Source: Abditibacteriaceae bacterium (lineage in GTDB: Bacteria; Armatimonadota; Abditibacteriia; Abditibacteriales; Abditibacteriaceae). Taken from it: a stretch of DNA of 64,000 nucleotides. This document shows, in pieces, positions 30,311-40,644 of the stretch. The translations under genes were made by a program, and so were the position numbers. The notes under the pieces are model-generated. The model did no database searches. It had not been told where the DNA came from and saw only the letters and a program-made list of their open reading frames with translations. Location of the stretch: contig OZ255721.1 of the NCBI GenBank assembly GCA_965277285.1, forward strand, positions 1,568,001 through 1,632,000, read 5' to 3'. How positions within the stretch are numbered: position 1 is the stretch's first letter; the number at the start of each line of letters is the position of its first letter.

Positions 30311-32542
30311 TTAAGCAGCATTCGTGGGCAGCAAAATCACCGAAGATTTGGGCGCCAATTGCAACGTCAGGCGCGTGCCGCTTATAGTGAAACGCTTGCC
30401 GCTCAAAGCATCGACCAATCCACGGGCGCGTGCGGAAGACATCGCGCTGTTTTGTGGCAAGGGAATGTTCAACGTTTGTGCCGTGTCCGAGCGGTTCAAG
30501 GCGACCAAAGCGATGTCGTTGTCCAGCGTGCGCGAATAGGCGACGGTTTTAGCCGCGTCATCGGACAGCAAAATCGTCGGATCGCCGGACTGCAAAGCGC
30601 GGCTGCCATTGCGAATCTTGATCAAGTGGCGATAAAACTGGAGCATCGGGTTGGCAGGCGTCGCCAAATCCCAGCGCATTCCGCGACGGTTGTCCGGGTC
30701 GGCGCCGCCTTGCATTCCAAGTTCTTCGCCATAATAAATCGAGGGCGCGCCGACCCAGGTGAATTGAACCGTCGCCGCCAATTGGTGCAACGCGACATCG
30801 TTTTTGCACAAGGTCAGGAGACGCGGCGTGTCGTGCGTGCTCAGCATATTCATCACGTTGCGCGAGACCTGCGGCACGTAGCTGTTATAAACCTGCATCA
30901 AGTGGTCGGTGAACTGCGACGAAGACGTGTCACCGTTGGCGAAGAAGTGAAGACAGGCGTCACGGAACTGGTAGTTCATGACGGAATCCCATTGATCGCC
31001 GCCCAGCCAGGGTTTGGCATCGCCCCACTCTTCGCCCATGATCCACATTTGAGGATCCAAGCCTTTGACACGAGTACGCATTTTGCGCCAAAAGCGAGGA
31101 TCGACTTCGTTGGCGACATCCAGCCGCACGCCCGCCAGAGGAAGTTGCGCTTTCCAATAATTGACCAAGCCCAACAAGTAATCGCCTGTCGCGGGATTCA
31201 TCACGTTCAACTTGGGCATCGAAGGATAATTGCTCCACGCGACGTAGTTGGGCGGATCCGCCACTTTGACGGGATAACCTTTGATGAAATACCAGTCTTT
31301 GTAAGGCGAGGCCTGTCCTTTTTTGACGACATCCTGGAAAGGCGCGAACGTCGTCGCCGTGTGATTCAAAACGAAGTCCATCACGGTGCGAATGCCGCGC
31401 TTTTGCATGTCTTTAGTCAGCGCGGCAAACTCGGCATTGGTGCCAAACTGTGGGTCGATGCGCTTGTAATCTTGCGTGTCGTAGCGATGGTTGGAAGGCG
31501 ATTGAAAAACGGGATTGAAATAAACCGTCGAAATCCCCAGATCAGACAAATACGGCAAGTGTTGGCGCACGCCCGCTGCGTCGCCACCAAAACGACTAAA
31601 CCCTTGCGGTGCAGCGTTCCACGGCACAACGTCCTTTGGGTCGTTGCTCTTGTCGCCATTGGCGAAACGGTCGGGGAAAATCTGGTAGATAATCGTGCGT
31701 TCTACCCAACTCGGCACCACGAAAGGCTGAAAACTTTGGGCGTCCACCTGGAAAGAACGAGGCTGCGCTGTCATGCCATCCGCTCCAAATTTTTCGATTT
31801 TGCTGCCATCGGCCAATTCAAAATTGTAGGACAAATTCGTCTTTTTGTCCCACGGAACTTGCGCCTTGTAATATGAGTAAAGGTCGTCGCTGTTGCTCAA
31901 CATCATCGGATAGCGATGATTCGCAACGAGCAGCGTGACCTGGCGCACATCGTTGGCGCGCGTGCGCAGCGTGAACGTCAATTTCCCTTGGTCGTAATTC
32001 AGGTAGGGAACGCGCGACGAGTGGAGCAAGGCGCTGGTCGCCGTTTGTCCATCGTTGGGGCTGGCCGGAGTTTGGTAATCGGCTGGCAACATCATCAAAA
32101 CTGAGTTGAAGCCGCCGTTGCCGTCCGGCTCCTTGCCCGTAGCTTGGGGATCGGGAACCCATGTCGAGCCATCCAACACAAACTTGTACTGATATTTTCC
32201 GTAATCCAAAGGCAAACTCAAGCGCCACGTTTTTCCGTCGGCATCCGCTTTCATCGGGTTGGCGCTCGTGTTCCAATTGTTGAAACTTCCCGCCACGGCA
32301 ACCGACTTCAACGGCTTATCGGACACAAAAACAAAGGTGTGTTGCCCGGCAACGTCCGGCTTCGACGCCACTTGCGCAGAACTTTGCACACGCACCATTT
32401 GCACTTGCGGAGAAGCAGGCGCCGTCGCCAACGTTTCTTGAGTCGCTGGAGTACAGGAAAGCGGCACCAGACACAACGAGACCAAACCAAAAGGCAGAAC
32501 AACCTTCCGGGCGATTAGGTAATTTGAGGCTTTAATTCTCAT
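30311..32542 (-). CDS. Exported GH13 alpha-glycosidase (neopullulanase/cyclomaltodextrinase-like) with CBM48-like domain
   Basis: Signal with LSC, VAGSFNNW..YQYKFVLDG, YQIFPDRF, RLDVANE, GEEW, STHD. Confidence 0.9.
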   Translation of the reverse strand: MRIKASNYLIARKVVLPFGLVSLCLVPLSCTPATQETLATAPASPQVQMVRVQSSAQVASKPDVAGQHTFVFVSDKPLKSVAVAGSFNNWNTSANPMKADADGKTWRLSLPLDYGKYQYKFVLDGSTWVPDPQATGKEPDGNGGFNSVLMMLPADYQTPASPNDGQTATSALLHSSRVPYLNYDQGKLTFTLRTRANDVRQVTLLVANHRYPMMLSNSDDLYSYYKAQVPWDKKTNLSYNFELADGSKIEKFGADGMTAQPRSFQVDAQSFQPFVVPSWVERTIIYQIFPDRFANGDKSNDPKDVVPWNAAPQGFSRFGGDAAGVRQHLPYLSDLGISTVYFNPVFQSPSNHRYDTQDYKRIDPQFGTNAEFAALTKDMQKRGIRTVMDFVLNHTATTFAPFQDVVKKGQASPYKDWYFIKGYPVKVADPPNYVAWSNYPSMPKLNVMNPATGDYLLGLVNYWKAQLPLAGVRLDVANEVDPRFWRKMRTRVKGLDPQMWIMGEEWGDAKPWLGGDQWDSVMNYQFRDACLHFFANGDTSSSQFTDHLMQVYNSYVPQVSRNVMNMLSTHDTPRLLTLCKNDVALHQLAATVQFTWVGAPSIYYGEELGMQGGADPDNRRGMRWDLATPANPMLQFYRHLIKIRNGSRALQSGDPTILLSDDAAKTVAYSRTLDNDIALVALNRSDTAQTLNIPLPQNSAMSSARARGLVDALSGKRFTISGTRLTLQLAPKSSVILLPTNAA

Positions 32543-32732
32543 TCTTGATCCTTTAAATAACGTCTCATTTTCTTACTCTCCGTTGTCAACCAAGCGCATT
32601 CGAGTACTCGATAACGCGCCTGCGATAGCGGAATAGCGCCGCGAAGATCGATCCTCGCGGCGCTATTCTGCTGCAGGCTATGAGGCGTCACCAAGCATCC
32701 GCCGTCATAGAAAAAGCAACCAATGCAACGCT

Positions 32733-33551
32733 TTACTGGTATTTGGCTTCCACTTCTTGCATGCTGGCCAACTGTCCGGGTGAAACCTGGTCGCAGTTGA
32801 TGCCCTGCGTGTAAGCGTCCAGCCCGGGAGCGGGGGAGCCAGAGCTGCTGCCTCCGGTGGAGCAATTGGTACCAGTATTATCGAACATGGTGCCCCACAT
32901 ATTGATCGGTGAAGCAGTGGCCGTGGGGCGCATTGACTTGACGTGGCCATCAACAAACAAGCAGTTCATGGTGCCCAGATGTCCGGCGAATATACTGTCA
33001 CGCGCGCCATGGCTGGTCGGAGCGAGCCAGTCGGCGTACATGACTTCCCACGGGTAAGAGGACTCGGCAATCATGATTTTTTGCGAGGGCGCTTGAATGA
33101 ATGCCATTGCGGTACCAACGGTCTGACCGCTGGGAGCCGCCCAACCTGGAACCATAATGCGTGCATTGGCCGCGTAAGAGTCCGCGATGGCAGGATAACC
33201 ATTGCTGGCTGGAAAAGAAATGTTGGAGCTGGCCGGATTGGAGGGGCAAGACCAAACCTGTCCGCTCTTGAGATAGGGCTGAATCGACTGTTTGTACATC
33301 TTGTTGTTTCCGCTATCATAATCGCACGGATACTTTTCATCGTATTCTTGCGCATATTGCGTCAACGCGATACCGATCTGTTTCATGTTGCTGGAGCAAC
33401 TGGCACGACGGGCACTTTCGCGCGCTTTGGCGAAAGCGGGGAATAAAATCGCGGCTAAAATCGCAATAATAGCGATCACCACGAGAAGTTCGATCAGCGT
33501 AAAGCCTTTTTTGGCGGAACGCAACGGCGGGTTCGACAATGTCTTGAACAT
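32733..33551 (-). CDS. Prepilin-type N-terminal, DUF1559/H-X9-DG protein
   Basis: [60 protein letters not shown]. Confidence 0.92.
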   Translation of the reverse strand: MFKTLSNPPLRSAKKGFTLIELLVVIAIIAILAAILFPAFAKARESARRASCSSNMKQIGIALTQYAQEYDEKYPCDYDSGNNKMYKQSIQPYLKSGQVWSCPSNPASSNISFPASNGYPAIADSYAANARIMVPGWAAPSGQTVGTAMAFIQAPSQKIMIAESSYPWEVMYADWLAPTSHGARDSIFAGHLGTMNCLFVDGHVKSMRPTATASPINMWGTMFDNTGTNCSTGGSSSGSPAPGLDAYTQGINCDQVSPGQLASMQEVEAKYQ

Positions 33552-33640
33552 ACGACTATCTCCTTAAATCGAAACATTTTGAGCGCAGACGAAAGCTTTC
33601 TGCGCGAGCAAGAAAAGCAAGACTTTCGCTAAATACTCGA

Positions 33641-34669
33641 TCATCGAGTACTCGATAGGTTCGCAGGGCGCACCGAATGACGCGGCATCAACTGCACGGG
33701 TGTCACTTTGCAGCAAGTGGTGGCTTCACCTCCATTTTTCAATTCGATCCAGGCGTCCATCGCCAAACGCCCGATTTCTCTGAACGAGTGATCTACGCTG
33801 GTCAGGCCGCGCGCCACTGCTTCAGGCCGATTATCCACGCCGATAATTGACAAATCTTGTGGCACGCTCAAGCCCTGCGCTTCCATTTCGTCCCACAACT
33901 CCAGCGCCAGCGTGTCGTTGAAGCAAATCACGGCGGAAACTCCCAGGCGGCTCACGGACGCTATCGCCTGCAGGTTACGGACGTAATTTTCTTCAGCGCC
34001 CTGCACCACCCATTCGTCGCGCACTTCGAGATTCTGCTGACTCATCACCAATTTCCACGCATGGAGGCGTTGTTTCGCGTCAAAATTGTTCGGCGGCCCC
34101 GACAAATAAGCGATGCGCCGATGTCCGTTTTGCACCACATGTTCAACCGCCTGCCGCATAACTTCGTCGTTGTCCACATCAACCCAGGCCACGCCTTCGG
34201 GCGTATCGCGGCGATAACACACGACAGTCGGGACTTTGTACTGCGACACAATATCGAAAGCGCGCGTCCACTGACCCACCGCGCTGATGAAGATAAAACC
34301 GTCGCTGCGGCGATCCAGATAACGCAACTTTTCACGCCTCAGGTTTTGCTCACGGTCGTTGCGCACCATCGTCAACACATCGTAGCCATGATGCCGCGCG
34401 CCCTCCACTATTCCCTCGTAGGTGAACAAATCCAAGTCGAAATGCGTGACATCACGATACTCGGGCACCAACGTCACAATGTGTGTCTCAATGTGCCGGT
34501 TCTGCGCCGATGGCGGATTGACTGGCAAGTAATTGAGGCTGCGCGCCGCTTCGAGTACTCGATCTCGCGTTTGGGCAGACGCACGGTTTTCCACACCGCG
34601 CAACACGTTGGACACCGTCACTTTGGAAACTCCAGCCTGTTCCGCAATCCGACCAAGAGTCGATCTCAT
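33641..34669 (-). CDS. LacI-family transcriptional regulator
   Basis: IAEQAGVSKVTVSNVL HTH, CFNDTLA, VPQDLSIIGVDN. Confidence 0.93.
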   Translation of the reverse strand: MRSTLGRIAEQAGVSKVTVSNVLRGVENRASAQTRDRVLEAARSLNYLPVNPPSAQNRHIETHIVTLVPEYRDVTHFDLDLFTYEGIVEGARHHGYDVLTMVRNDREQNLRREKLRYLDRRSDGFIFISAVGQWTRAFDIVSQYKVPTVVCYRRDTPEGVAWVDVDNDEVMRQAVEHVVQNGHRRIAYLSGPPNNFDAKQRLHAWKLVMSQQNLEVRDEWVVQGAEENYVRNLQAIASVSRLGVSAVICFNDTLALELWDEMEAQGLSVPQDLSIIGVDNRPEAVARGLTSVDHSFREIGRLAMDAWIELKNGGEATTCCKVTPVQLMPRHSVRPANLSSTR

Positions 34670-35071
34670 AACAATCCCTCAACTGTCCTTCGCGCCTGAT
34701 CTCACCACTAATACGAATATTAGTTAACTGTTAACTTGGTTGTATATTTATTATACCCAGCCCATCGAAATCTCAAACATTTTCAGGGAATTATTTTGTC
34801 GAAGTTGTTTAAGCGAAAGAAATCGTTGGTGCATTTCTCTTCATCGAAAACCAAACCGGAAATCTACCAGTTGCTGACAGATAACTGCACCTTCTTTTCG
34901 CATCAAAGGTGTAATTACCAATCCGAAATTCCGGTAACACTTTCAAGCGCTGCAAAAATGTGTTTGGTCTTGACAGCATTCGGTAGTTGAATGCTGCCAA
35001 GACGCATTACCGGGCGCTTTTGCAAACCCTGTTCTTTGTCAAGACTCGTGTGAGCTACGCAGTACGTTGGA

Positions 35072-36670
35072 TTATTCCGGCGTAGCTTCGATGGCGAGCC
35101 AGACGCGACCGTCGCGCGCTGGCAATTGTCCGCCCACGATGCGCCCGTTTTCCACCTGCGACATTTCGCCGCTCCACACATCGCGCAAAAGCGTGCCATT
35201 CGCCAGATGTTCTCCGGCTGTCAGATTGACGGGAATTGCTGTGTCGCCCACGTTGAGCGCCACGACCATCGTTTCGTTGGGCAAGTGACGCCGAAACGCA
35301 TAAACCGAACCTTCGGCGTGCAACGTCGTGAAGTCGCCGCGCCGCAGTGCCAGATGCGCCTTGCGCAAAGCGATGCAGCGTTTGAAGTAGGCGAGGATAT
35401 CATGGTTCCAGGTCGCTTCATCCCACACGAAAGCGCGGCGCGTGTCGGGATCGGTCTTGTCGTCCCACGCGAAAGTTTGCGGCGTTGCGGAATCGGCCAT
35501 ATCTTCGCGCGTGTAAACGTTGCGCGTATCGGGATCGACGTAGGTGAAGTACCGCGAGCGCTCGGCGACGGGAACCGCCATGCCAAAGCCAACTTCGTCG
35601 CCATAATAGATTGATGGCGCGCCCGGGTAAGTCATTTGAAACAGTACGGCCAGGCGCAACGCCGATTCGTCGCCTTTAGCTAAAGATAAAAATCGCGGCA
35701 TATCGTGCGAATCCAGCAGATTCAACTGCACGGCGTTGATTTGCGGATCGTAAAGTCCCAGCAGATCGTTGATGCTGCGCGCGAAACTGGACGCGTCGTG
35801 CTTAAAGAAAGGGTTCGGGCCAAGTTGCGAGATGATGGACGTATCCAGGTCGCGGATGAAGAAGCCCAGACAGTTCGTCGTGAAGAGATAGTTCATCACG
35901 GCGTCGAACTGATCGCCCTGCAGCCAACGGCTGGCGTCATTCCAGATTTCGCCCACAATATAGGCTTCGGGATTGGCGGCACGGACGCGTCGCCGAAATT
36001 CCTGCCAGAAACTGTCATCGTCGATCTCGCTGGGCACATCGAGCCGCCAGCCATCGATGCCGAAGTCGATCCAGTGACGCGCTACATCCCAGATAAATTC
36101 GCGCACCGCGAGCGTATTTGTGTTGAATTGAGGCAGCCCCGGAAAACCGACCCAACCTTCATATTGATGACCGCCTTCATAAGCGCGCATGGGAAAACCA
36201 TGAACGATGAACCAGTCGATGTAGGGCGAAGCCGCGCCGTTTTCGAGAATGTGGTTGAACTGAAAAAAGCCGCGACTGGCATGATTGAACACGCCATCCA
36301 GCACGACACGGATGCCACGCGCATGCGCTTCATCGATCAAGGTGCGCAAAGCCGCATTGCCGCCACAAATGGGATCGACGTTGTAGTAGTCGTAAGTGTG
36401 ATAGCGATGGTTGGCGGTCGATTGGAAAACTGGCGTGAAATAAACCGCCGTGACACCCAAATTTTGAAGGTAATCCAGGTGCTCCGTGACGCCAACCAAA
36501 TCGCCGCCCTGAAAGCCGTATATAGAAGGCGGTCCGCCCCAGGGTTCCAGATGATTGGGTTTGGACACCCGCGACGAGATGGCAAAGCGGTCGGGAAAAA
36601 TCTGGTAGAAAATCGCGTCCTTCACCCATTCCGGTGTTTCAATCTGTGTTGTATTCGTACTATCGGTCAT
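35072..36670 (-). CDS. Cytoplasmic GH13 alpha-glycosidase (cyclomaltodextrinase-like)
   Basis: YQIFPDRF, DGVFNH, DGWRLDV, GEIW, LDSHD. Confidence 0.92.
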   Translation of the reverse strand: MTDSTNTTQIETPEWVKDAIFYQIFPDRFAISSRVSKPNHLEPWGGPPSIYGFQGGDLVGVTEHLDYLQNLGVTAVYFTPVFQSTANHRYHTYDYYNVDPICGGNAALRTLIDEAHARGIRVVLDGVFNHASRGFFQFNHILENGAASPYIDWFIVHGFPMRAYEGGHQYEGWVGFPGLPQFNTNTLAVREFIWDVARHWIDFGIDGWRLDVPSEIDDDSFWQEFRRRVRAANPEAYIVGEIWNDASRWLQGDQFDAVMNYLFTTNCLGFFIRDLDTSIISQLGPNPFFKHDASSFARSINDLLGLYDPQINAVQLNLLDSHDMPRFLSLAKGDESALRLAVLFQMTYPGAPSIYYGDEVGFGMAVPVAERSRYFTYVDPDTRNVYTREDMADSATPQTFAWDDKTDPDTRRAFVWDEATWNHDILAYFKRCIALRKAHLALRRGDFTTLHAEGSVYAFRRHLPNETMVVALNVGDTAIPVNLTAGEHLANGTLLRDVWSGEMSQVENGRIVGGQLPARDGRVWLAIEATPE

Positions 36671-37071
36671 CGTTGTTGTCTTCTCCTTGCGTGTTTTACG
36701 TATTGCGCATTTTGCGTGCTGTCGTGGCGTAATCGAGTACTCGATTACGCGGGTTTGGCCTTGTAAGAATCAGTTTGCAAATTGGTTCAGAGCGTGGGTA
36801 GAGAAAATATGCGAAACGCCCGCGAAAGCGGCATCTGCTCATTCTGAGAAGGTGCATAGAAAGTGAGCAAAACTCCCTCAAAGTAGTAGTTTGTCATTCT
36901 GAGCGCAGCGAAGAATCTAACCTGAAGCCAGATTCTTCGCTGCGCTCAAAATGACAAACTACTACTTTCAACGGCACATTTTACAATTCCTATACACCAT
37001 CTCAGAATGACAAACTCTTACTTTCTTCGCGTTTTGCTCACTTTTTCTACAACCTCTCAGTGTTCTACTCG

Positions 37072-38736
37072 CTATTCACTGCGAGGTTTTGCATCGAGAG
37101 GTGCGCGGTCATACAAAAGGGTGAGATGTGCGAGGCGCTTGGCCACTTCGGGCGTGAGTTGGCCGGGCAATAAGCGCCAGCCCCAGTTGCCGCCGGCCTG
37201 ACCCGGCAGATTCATGCGCGCCTCGCTGCCCAGGCCCAGCCCATCTTGCATCGGAATAATCGCGGTTTCAGCGACCGACATAAAGGCCACGCGAATCAAG
37301 TCCCAGGCAACGTCGTGGCAAGGAATATCGAGATACTGTCGGACATCGGAGCGAACGCGCTCGCTCACTGTGTTCCACCATCCGAGAACCGTGTCGTTAT
37401 CGTGCGTGCCTGTATATACAACGCGGTCGTGGTGATGGTTGTGCGGCAAATGGGCAAAGGTCGTGTCTGCGCTCATCTGCGCCTCGGCAGACACATTGGC
37501 ATTGTCATCCCAGGCCATTTGGAGCACACACATTCCCGGAAATCCCGATTCCTCGCGCAACGTGTCCACTTCGGGAGTAATTACTCCCAAGTCTTCGGCG
37601 ATAATCGGCAGGTGCCCCAGACTGGCACGAATCGCCTCGAAGAATGGCAGACCTGGCCCTTGAACCCAGTGACCTTTGACAGCGGTTTCTTCTTCTGCGG
37701 GAACCGCCCAATAAGCGGCGAAACCGCGAAAATGATCCAGTCGAACGCGGTCGACCAAAGTCAAAGTCATACGGAAACGCGCGATCCACCAATCGTAGCC
37801 ACGTTCCGCCAAAACATCCCAACGATAAAGCGGATTGCCCCAGCGTTGTCCCGTCGCGCTAAAATAATCCGGCGGTACGCCAGCGACTTCGGTCGGATTG
37901 CCGTCTTCGTTCAGATAGAACAGTTCAGGGTTTGCCCATACATCAACGCTGTCATGGGCGACAAAAATCGGAATATCGCCGATGATTTGAATGTCGCGCT
38001 CATTGGCGTAAGCCTTCAATTCCAGCCATTGGCTGAAGAAAAGCCATTGCATAAACTGCTGAAACCGAATTCGGTCGGCCAAGCGCGTGCGCCATTGCGC
38101 GACAGCATCCGGCTCGTGGCGTGCGATAGAACGCTCCCACTGGCTCCATGGCGCGCCGTCGTGCGCTTCTTTGATCGCTGTAAAAAGGGCGTAATCATCC
38201 AGCCAGAACGCTTGCGCGGCATGAAACGACGTGAAAGCCTGGCGTTGCTCCGGGCGACCATTTTCCGAAAAGTTGGCATAAGCCATCTGCAACACTTTCG
38301 TCTTCCATTCGATAAGTGGCCCGTAATCAACGATCTCGGCAGGAAAATCGGGCGCCTTGTCGAGTGTGGCCTGCGCTAACATTCCTTCGCTGACCAGTCG
38401 TTGCAAGGAAACCAGCAACGGGTTTCCGGCCAAGGCAGAAAGGCATTGATAAGGCGAGTCGCCATAACTGGTCGGTCCCAGCGGCATGATTTGCCAGCAA
38501 TGTTGTTTCGCTGCGGCCAGCCAATCGACAAAACGGTAAGCTTCTTCGCCCAAATCACCAATGCCGCCAGCGCTCGGCAACGACGTGGGATGCAGCAGAA
38601 TGCCGCTCGTCCGATGATGACGCGGCGGATCAATTGGCGAAAAATTTCGTTCGGTCGCCTTCTCCAACAGTCCGTCTTTTCCGCTTCGCACGCCGTCGTT
38701 CGGCGAAGCGGCGGTTGGTTCTTCGTTGCGTTCCAT
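37072..38736 (-). CDS. malQ: 4-alpha-glucanotransferase (GH77)
   Basis: SGILLHPTSLP, GVPPDYFSATGQRWGNPLY, RLDHFRG, AEDLG, YTGTHDNDT. Confidence 0.95.
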   Translation of the reverse strand: MERNEEPTAASPNDGVRSGKDGLLEKATERNFSPIDPPRHHRTSGILLHPTSLPSAGGIGDLGEEAYRFVDWLAAAKQHCWQIMPLGPTSYGDSPYQCLSALAGNPLLVSLQRLVSEGMLAQATLDKAPDFPAEIVDYGPLIEWKTKVLQMAYANFSENGRPEQRQAFTSFHAAQAFWLDDYALFTAIKEAHDGAPWSQWERSIARHEPDAVAQWRTRLADRIRFQQFMQWLFFSQWLELKAYANERDIQIIGDIPIFVAHDSVDVWANPELFYLNEDGNPTEVAGVPPDYFSATGQRWGNPLYRWDVLAERGYDWWIARFRMTLTLVDRVRLDHFRGFAAYWAVPAEEETAVKGHWVQGPGLPFFEAIRASLGHLPIIAEDLGVITPEVDTLREESGFPGMCVLQMAWDDNANVSAEAQMSADTTFAHLPHNHHHDRVVYTGTHDNDTVLGWWNTVSERVRSDVRQYLDIPCHDVAWDLIRVAFMSVAETAIIPMQDGLGLGSEARMNLPGQAGGNWGWRLLPGQLTPEVAKRLAHLTLLYDRAPLDAKPRSE

Positions 38737-39265
38737 GTCGTTTTACACCTCGCGGAAATTGAGAAAATGTGTGATTAACAAACGCACGGCTCGAGAGACA
38801 AGCCGCGTTTGCACTATGAGTATTTGCACTATCGAGTACTCGAATCGCGGTTTAGATCGGCGGTTGTCAGGTCATTCCCACCCTCGGCAACATCGCTTTC
38901 ATCGTGCGGTTTTGCAGCCACTCGCTCCATCGCCAGGTTCGCGTGGAACATATTGAGTTGCGCGAAACTTCGATCCTTGGACTCAAATCATTATAACATC
39001 GAGATTTGAACTTCCAATCAGGTCCAAGAATCGTTCATCGACTTTGCGAACCGGCTGCTATCAGCGTTGCGCACCGAGAAGGAAATCAAGTACTGGATTC
39101 GTCACGCCGCGCCCAATTCAACAACGAAAAGTCGCTTTGCAGAGCAGAATCTGTCCTTAATTTCAATTTAATCATGTGAAGAATTGCAAATGATGGTTCA
39201 AGATGTCAGAAAACGGGTATATACATTATGTTTACTGTAAATAATGTCATTCCAAGGAGACAGAA

Positions 39266-40051
39266 ATGTCGAATATTCAAAGCACATCCACCAAGATGCG
39301 CAAGGGTTTCACCCTGATCGAATTGTTGGTTGTCATCGCTATCATTGCGATTTTAGCCGCGATTTTGTTCCCCGCTTTCGCCAAAGCGCGCGAAAGTGCC
39401 CGCCGTGCGAGTTGCTCCAGCAACATGAAACAAATCGGTCTCGGCCTGCTGCAGTATGCACAGGAATACGATGAAAAGATGGTGTCGGCACAAGCCGGTG
39501 CGCCGAATTACGAGTATTGGCAGTATCTCGTTCAGCCTTACCTCAAGAGCAAAGACCTTTTCAGATGTCCCTCCAACACAAACAGTTCGACAGCTTACAA
39601 CAAGACTGCTTCTGACATCTCCAACGACTACGCGGGTAACCTCGGGTTTTATGGAGATCCTACAGTGGCCTCAACAGCCACAACAGCGCAACAAGCGCAA
39701 CAAGTGATGTCAAGAGGAGGACAAAGTTTAGCCACATTTGTAGCACCATCGACAACGATCATGGTTATCGAGTATGCTGCAGGCAACGATCAATCAGGGC
39801 TAATGCAAATCGCATTGCCAGCTGGTACCAGCGAATCAGGTGACAAACTTTTTGCGGGTCACCTATCCACATCGAACTACTTGTTTGGTGATGGTCACGT
39901 CAAGTCGCTCAGACCATTTGCAACTGTCGATCCCACAGCTGGTGGTTCGGCAGCCGTCAATATGTGGACGATTGACAATTCGGTTTACAATACCACTGAC
40001 GCAGCGACTGTCAAGACCAACCTTCAGATTGCTACAGACAAATACAAGTAA
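39266..40051 (+). CDS. Prepilin-type N-terminal, DUF1559/H-X9-DG protein
   Basis: [14 protein letters not shown]..; [24 protein letters not shown]. Confidence 0.92.
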   Translation: MSNIQSTSTKMRKGFTLIELLVVIAIIAILAAILFPAFAKARESARRASCSSNMKQIGLGLLQYAQEYDEKMVSAQAGAPNYEYWQYLVQPYLKSKDLFRCPSNTNSSTAYNKTASDISNDYAGNLGFYGDPTVASTATTAQQAQQVMSRGGQSLATFVAPSTTIMVIEYAAGNDQSGLMQIALPAGTSESGDKLFAGHLSTSNYLFGDGHVKSLRPFATVDPTAGGSAAVNMWTIDNSVYNTTDAATVKTNLQIATDKYK

Positions 40052-40062
40052 ACTGGACGTTA

Positions 40063-40114
40063 CAAACAAAGACAGCGCGCTATCGAGTACTCGATGGCGC
40101 GCTGTCTTTGTTTG
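40063..40114 (+). terminator. Terminator-like hairpin centred on the iterated palindrome
   Basis: 26-bp arms with one mismatch around GAGT|ACTC, T-rich 3' arm, 11 nt after the stop. Confidence 0.7.
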
Positions 40115-40543
40115 ACCGCTTAAATCATGCGAATCGAAGTTATCGAGGTGCCAGACGAAAGCGGTTTCAACACCAACCGTTTCTGGCATTTCTCAAAATC
40201 AGATTGCAAAGTCCGTGATGCGTCTTCAAACTCTTATTCTCTTCGCGTTTTGCTCACTTTGTTTATAACCTCTCAGAGGCTGTAAACAAAGTCCTAAAAA
40301 CGCTTAAAACTGGCACTTTGTCGTTCTGAGTGAAACGAAGAATCTGGCTTAGGATTTAGATTCTTCGCTGCGCTCAGAGTGACAAAGTGACAATTTCAGG
40401 CCGTTTCATGAACTCTACAAACTGATTCTAATCCCACACATCCGAATAATTGCTCTATCGAGTTAAAATTTCCATTCGCGGCAAGTCCGCTGACGAATCG
40501 AGTACTCGAATAGTGTTGCAGTTCAGACGAATTGGTGACGAAC

Positions 40544-40586
40544 AACAAAAGGGCGAACTGTTCATTAAACAGTTCGCCCTTTTGTT
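40544..40586. terminator. Terminator hairpin; a near copy lies at 46719-46753
   Basis: AACAAAAGGGCGAACTGTT-loop-AACAGTTCGCCCTTTTGTT downstream of a minus-strand gene. Confidence 0.7.
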
Positions 40587-40644
40587 TTGGCGCAAGGCAA
40601 AAGACATCTACGCCATCGAATGTCGTTTCCGACAAGTCTTTAAT

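Noticed and set aside
30281..31876. 531-aa plus-strand ORF and similar long antisense ORFs (28929-30089, 35705-36766, 37246-38379, 58399-59313)
   Set aside because: Opposite better-supported genes; expected from GC-rich codon bias; no family motifs
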